Shown in pieces: positions 44,625 through 47,094 of a stretch of DNA of 47,094 nucleotides. This stretch comes from a virus. Taxonomy: Duplodnaviria > Caudoviricetes. Both the position numbers and the translations under genes were made by a program. The first letter of the stretch is position 1; every line of letters starts with the position of its first letter. Under the pieces are notes generated by a model. The model did no database searches. It was not told where the DNA came from and saw only the letters and a program-made list of their open reading frames with translations. The stretch is from the IMG/VR virus record IMGVR_UViG_3300005601_000003, positions 1 through 47,094 of that record; one strand, written 5' to 3'.

Positions 44625-45596
44625 ATGCATCATCTAATCGCCACTGATGGCAACGGTAGCTTTGGCTCTGCCGAATACCCGCTCCTTCAGACGCTTTGGG
44701 ATTCAACCTCCCTAGGCACTCTGAAAGAATGCCCGATGAAGTATTTTTATCAGGTCATCTGCGGCCTCCAGTCCAACAAGCCCAAAGACCCTCTAGTCTT
44801 CGGCACAGCGTTCCACAGGGCAATGCAGATCTACCACTATCGCATTGCCGAAGGCCTCAGCCATGACGTCTCCCTCAACGAGGCCCTAGCCGCTGGCATC
44901 GAGGCCTACGTCGATAACGATGGCAACCTCTATCAAGCGGTCAAAAAGGAGCGGGGCTTCTACGCCCTGTGCCGAGCTATCGTATGGCACCTTGATCACT
45001 TCAACGACCTGGGCTTCAAGCCGGACCCGGCCAAGACTGTCCTCCTGGCCAATGGCAAACCCGCCGCTGAGCTAACCTTCCGCTTCCACTTTCACACGGA
45101 TGAAGAAGGTATCGAGTTCAGCCTCGGCGGACACTTCGACCACCTCGTGGAATACCTCAACCGTTTCTACGTCAAGGACTACAAAACCACTGCCAGCCTT
45201 GGCCCCCAGTTCTTCGACAATTTCAACCCGGACAACCAGATGACCCTCTATACAATCGGGGGCAACGTAGTGCTGGGCAAACCCATCGCCGGAGTCATCA
45301 TCGATGGCATCCAAACAGCCGTTCACTTCAACCGTTTCCAACGAGGCTTCGTTACGAAGTCCAAGGAAAACCTGGAGGAATGGATTGAGGACACCAAGCT
45401 CTGGATCGAAACCGCCAAAACCTACGCTCGCCTTGGCCACTACCCAATGAACGACAAAAGCTGCGACAAGTACGGAGGCTGTCCCTTCCGTGATGTTTGC
45501 CGCACACCCCCAAGCCTGCGTGACAACATCATTCGTGATCACTTCCACGTCAGGATCTGGGACCCATCCATCGACCGCGAGGAGAACCCCGCATGA
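44625..45596 (+). CDS. Cas4/RecB-like PD-(D/E)XK exonuclease with a probable Fe-S cluster
   Basis: ECPMKY, FGTAFH, GHFD, VKDYKTT, QMTLY and C-terminal CDKYGGCPFRDVC. Confidence 0.85.
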   Translation: MHHLIATDGNGSFGSAEYPLLQTLWDSTSLGTLKECPMKYFYQVICGLQSNKPKDPLVFGTAFHRAMQIYHYRIAEGLSHDVSLNEALAAGIEAYVDNDGNLYQAVKKERGFYALCRAIVWHLDHFNDLGFKPDPAKTVLLANGKPAAELTFRFHFHTDEEGIEFSLGGHFDHLVEYLNRFYVKDYKTTASLGPQFFDNFNPDNQMTLYTIGGNVVLGKPIAGVIIDGIQTAVHFNRFQRGFVTKSKENLEEWIEDTKLWIETAKTYARLGHYPMNDKSCDKYGGCPFRDVCRTPPSLRDNIIRDHFHVRIWDPSIDREENPA

Positions 45597-45937
45597 ATCA
45601 GCAAGAGAAAGATCAACTCAACGAAACCTGCAAGGAGCTTTCCAAACGTTGTCTCCAATTCAAGTGTTTGGAACTTCCTAGTCAGCCCCAATTCATGCAC
45701 ATGGGGACTTCCAGACTCGTAGGAGATTTGGAGTCCGCCCTGATTGAGGCCACTGCCTATGCATGTAAAAGGGATTCCGTCAAAAATCATGCAGCAGAAA
45801 TCCTCGACCACCTCGACCGTATCCAGATCGGTGCGGAACAAGCAGCACTGGAGTCCGATGCGGACAAGCGCCACACTTACCTCCAGAAAATCACAAGGGC
45901 CAAAGCCGAGGTTATGAAGATAGTTAGCGGGGAGTAG
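45593..45937 (+). CDS. Hypothetical protein
   Basis: 114 aa; ELPSQPQFMHMGT; GAGGAG RBS. Confidence 0.7.
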   Translation: MNQQEKDQLNETCKELSKRCLQFKCLELPSQPQFMHMGTSRLVGDLESALIEATAYACKRDSVKNHAAEILDHLDRIQIGAEQAALESDADKRHTYLQKITRAKAEVMKIVSGE

Positions 45938-45966
45938 TTGACACGGTATATACAATCCCCTATCAT
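45938..45966 (+). promoter_or_regulatory. Sigma70-like promoter for the replication/recombination genes
   Basis: TTGACA-17 nt-TATCAT; GGTATATACA in the spacer. Confidence 0.8.
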
Positions 45967-45998
45967 ATAAACCATATACCAACGTAAGGAATCCCCTA

Positions 45999-46886
45999 AT
46001 GCCAAAACTTTCCCAGCGCACAGCTATCTCCCCGATCAAGCTCATGGTCATCGGCGATAGCGGCACAGGTAAAACCGGCGCCCTCGAGTCCCTTGTCCGG
46101 GCAGGCTACAAGCTCAAAATCCTGGACTTCGATGGTGGTCTTGACTACCTCCAAGAGGCCCTCAAGGACGTACCCGAGCTTCTCGAGAACATCGAGTACG
46201 CCACCTTTTCCAACAAATTCAAAACCGTCAACGGCAGGGTCATCCCCAAGGGCAACCCCAAGGCCTGGGCTGATGGTCTCAAGGCCCTCGAGTCCGGCAA
46301 AATCCCCAACTCCGATCCGGAAGAATTTTGGGGAAAGCCTGAGGAGTGGGGTGAAGACACCTTCCTCGTAACCGACTCCCTCACCATGGCCTCCAAAGCC
46401 GCCATGCTCCAAGTCCTCCATCTCAACGGCAGGTTGTTCGAGCCGCCCCAGATTCAGGATTGGGGACAAGCACAAGGACTCGTAGAGGGCCTCATCCAAT
46501 GGCTATGCAGCGAGGACATCAAATGCAACGTGATGGTACTCAGCCACATCAACTTCATCGAAATGGCAAACGGCGTAATGAAAGGCTACCCCTCTGCTGT
46601 CGGCAAAGCCCTTTCCACAACCCTGCCGCGTTACTTCAACACGATCCTCAACGCTACGACCAAAGGCAGCGGGAAGTCTGCCAAACGCATAATATCCCCT
46701 GTCCCAATACAGAGCATCGAGACCAAGGCCAGTGTCCCGGTTGACAAACTTCCCGAGTCCTGGCCCATCGAAACGGCATACGCGGAGTTCATGCTCCTCG
46801 CCAAGGGCGCAGTCCCTAACCCGGACTACAAGCCCAAAAAGAATTCCCAACCCTCCGGAGGGAATAAACCCGGCTACGGCAGCTGA
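45999..46886 (+). CDS. Sak4-like (AAA_24) recombination ATPase
   Basis: GDSGTGKT, ILDFDGG, VTDSLT, QDWG, VLSH, P...G.AL...LPRYF; next to the exonuclease and SSB genes. Confidence 0.8.
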   Translation: MPKLSQRTAISPIKLMVIGDSGTGKTGALESLVRAGYKLKILDFDGGLDYLQEALKDVPELLENIEYATFSNKFKTVNGRVIPKGNPKAWADGLKALESGKIPNSDPEEFWGKPEEWGEDTFLVTDSLTMASKAAMLQVLHLNGRLFEPPQIQDWGQAQGLVEGLIQWLCSEDIKCNVMVLSHINFIEMANGVMKGYPSAVGKALSTTLPRYFNTILNATTKGSGKSAKRIISPVPIQSIETKASVPVDKLPESWPIETAYAEFMLLAKGAVPNPDYKPKKNSQPSGGNKPGYGS

Positions 46887-46951
46887 CTGCCTAGCCAGCA
46901 ATACCATGAGGCACAACGCCTCGCAACAACCCAAAACGTAAGGAGCCTACC

Positions 46952-47094
46952 ATGGCCGATCTTTCCCATCTTCTCGGTAAGAAAACCAGCGACATCGAAA
47001 AGCCAAAGCCGTTCCCCATTGGCCACTACCTGTGGACCATCGCTGGCTTTGAGATCGTCGAGTCCAGCCAGAAGAAAACTCCCGGTGTACAGCT
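46952..47094 (+). CDS. 5' part of a putative ssDNA-binding protein (DUF669-like) that continues across the junction to 415
   Basis: AGGAG RBS then ATG at 46952. MADLSHLLGKKTSDIEKPKPFPIGHY...SSQKKTPGVQL reads in frame into ORF 131..415 and follows the Sak4-like gene. Confidence 0.75.
   Translation, partial: MADLSHLLGKKTSDIEKPKPFPIGHYLWTIAGFEIVESSQKKTPGVQ
46975..47094. repeat. Terminal direct repeat, copy 2
   Basis: Exact copy of 1-120. Confidence 0.95.

Overview
The window appears to be a complete circularised genome (about 46,974 bp; bases 1-120 are repeated exactly at 46975-47094) of a podovirus-type dsDNA phage. Spanin-like lysis genes and sigma70 promoters point to a Gram-negative host. 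I recognised no integrase, RNA polymerase, primase or tRNA. The + strand arm (31218 through the junction to 6499) carries small early genes, a UvrD-like helicase, a GHKL-type ATPase, a Cas4-like exonuclease/Sak4/SSB recombination module, a ParB-methyltransferase fusion, a family A DNA polymerase split into two genes with a degenerate UDG-like domain, and a DUF3987-like helicase. The - strand arm (30822 to 6485) carries terS, a nuclease, a 4.6 kb fibre/decoration cassette, terL, a HiPIP-like protein, portal, scaffold, major capsid, a split adaptor, lysis, tail and ejection genes. The main observations are: (1) a fibre cassette with split Ig/IPT domains and 20-aa beta-repeats, one of which recurs in the split adaptor; (2) a dispersed GGTATATACC palindrome, paired at 26 or 15 bp, at nearly all promoters; (3) an iteron/AT-tract origin-like locus in a genome with no visible primase; (4) a shared LxLxDLGL tail on unrelated early proteins; (5) a circularly permuted GHKL ATPase fused to a zincin-like domain. 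Family assignments come from motif recognition by eye, not database searches.
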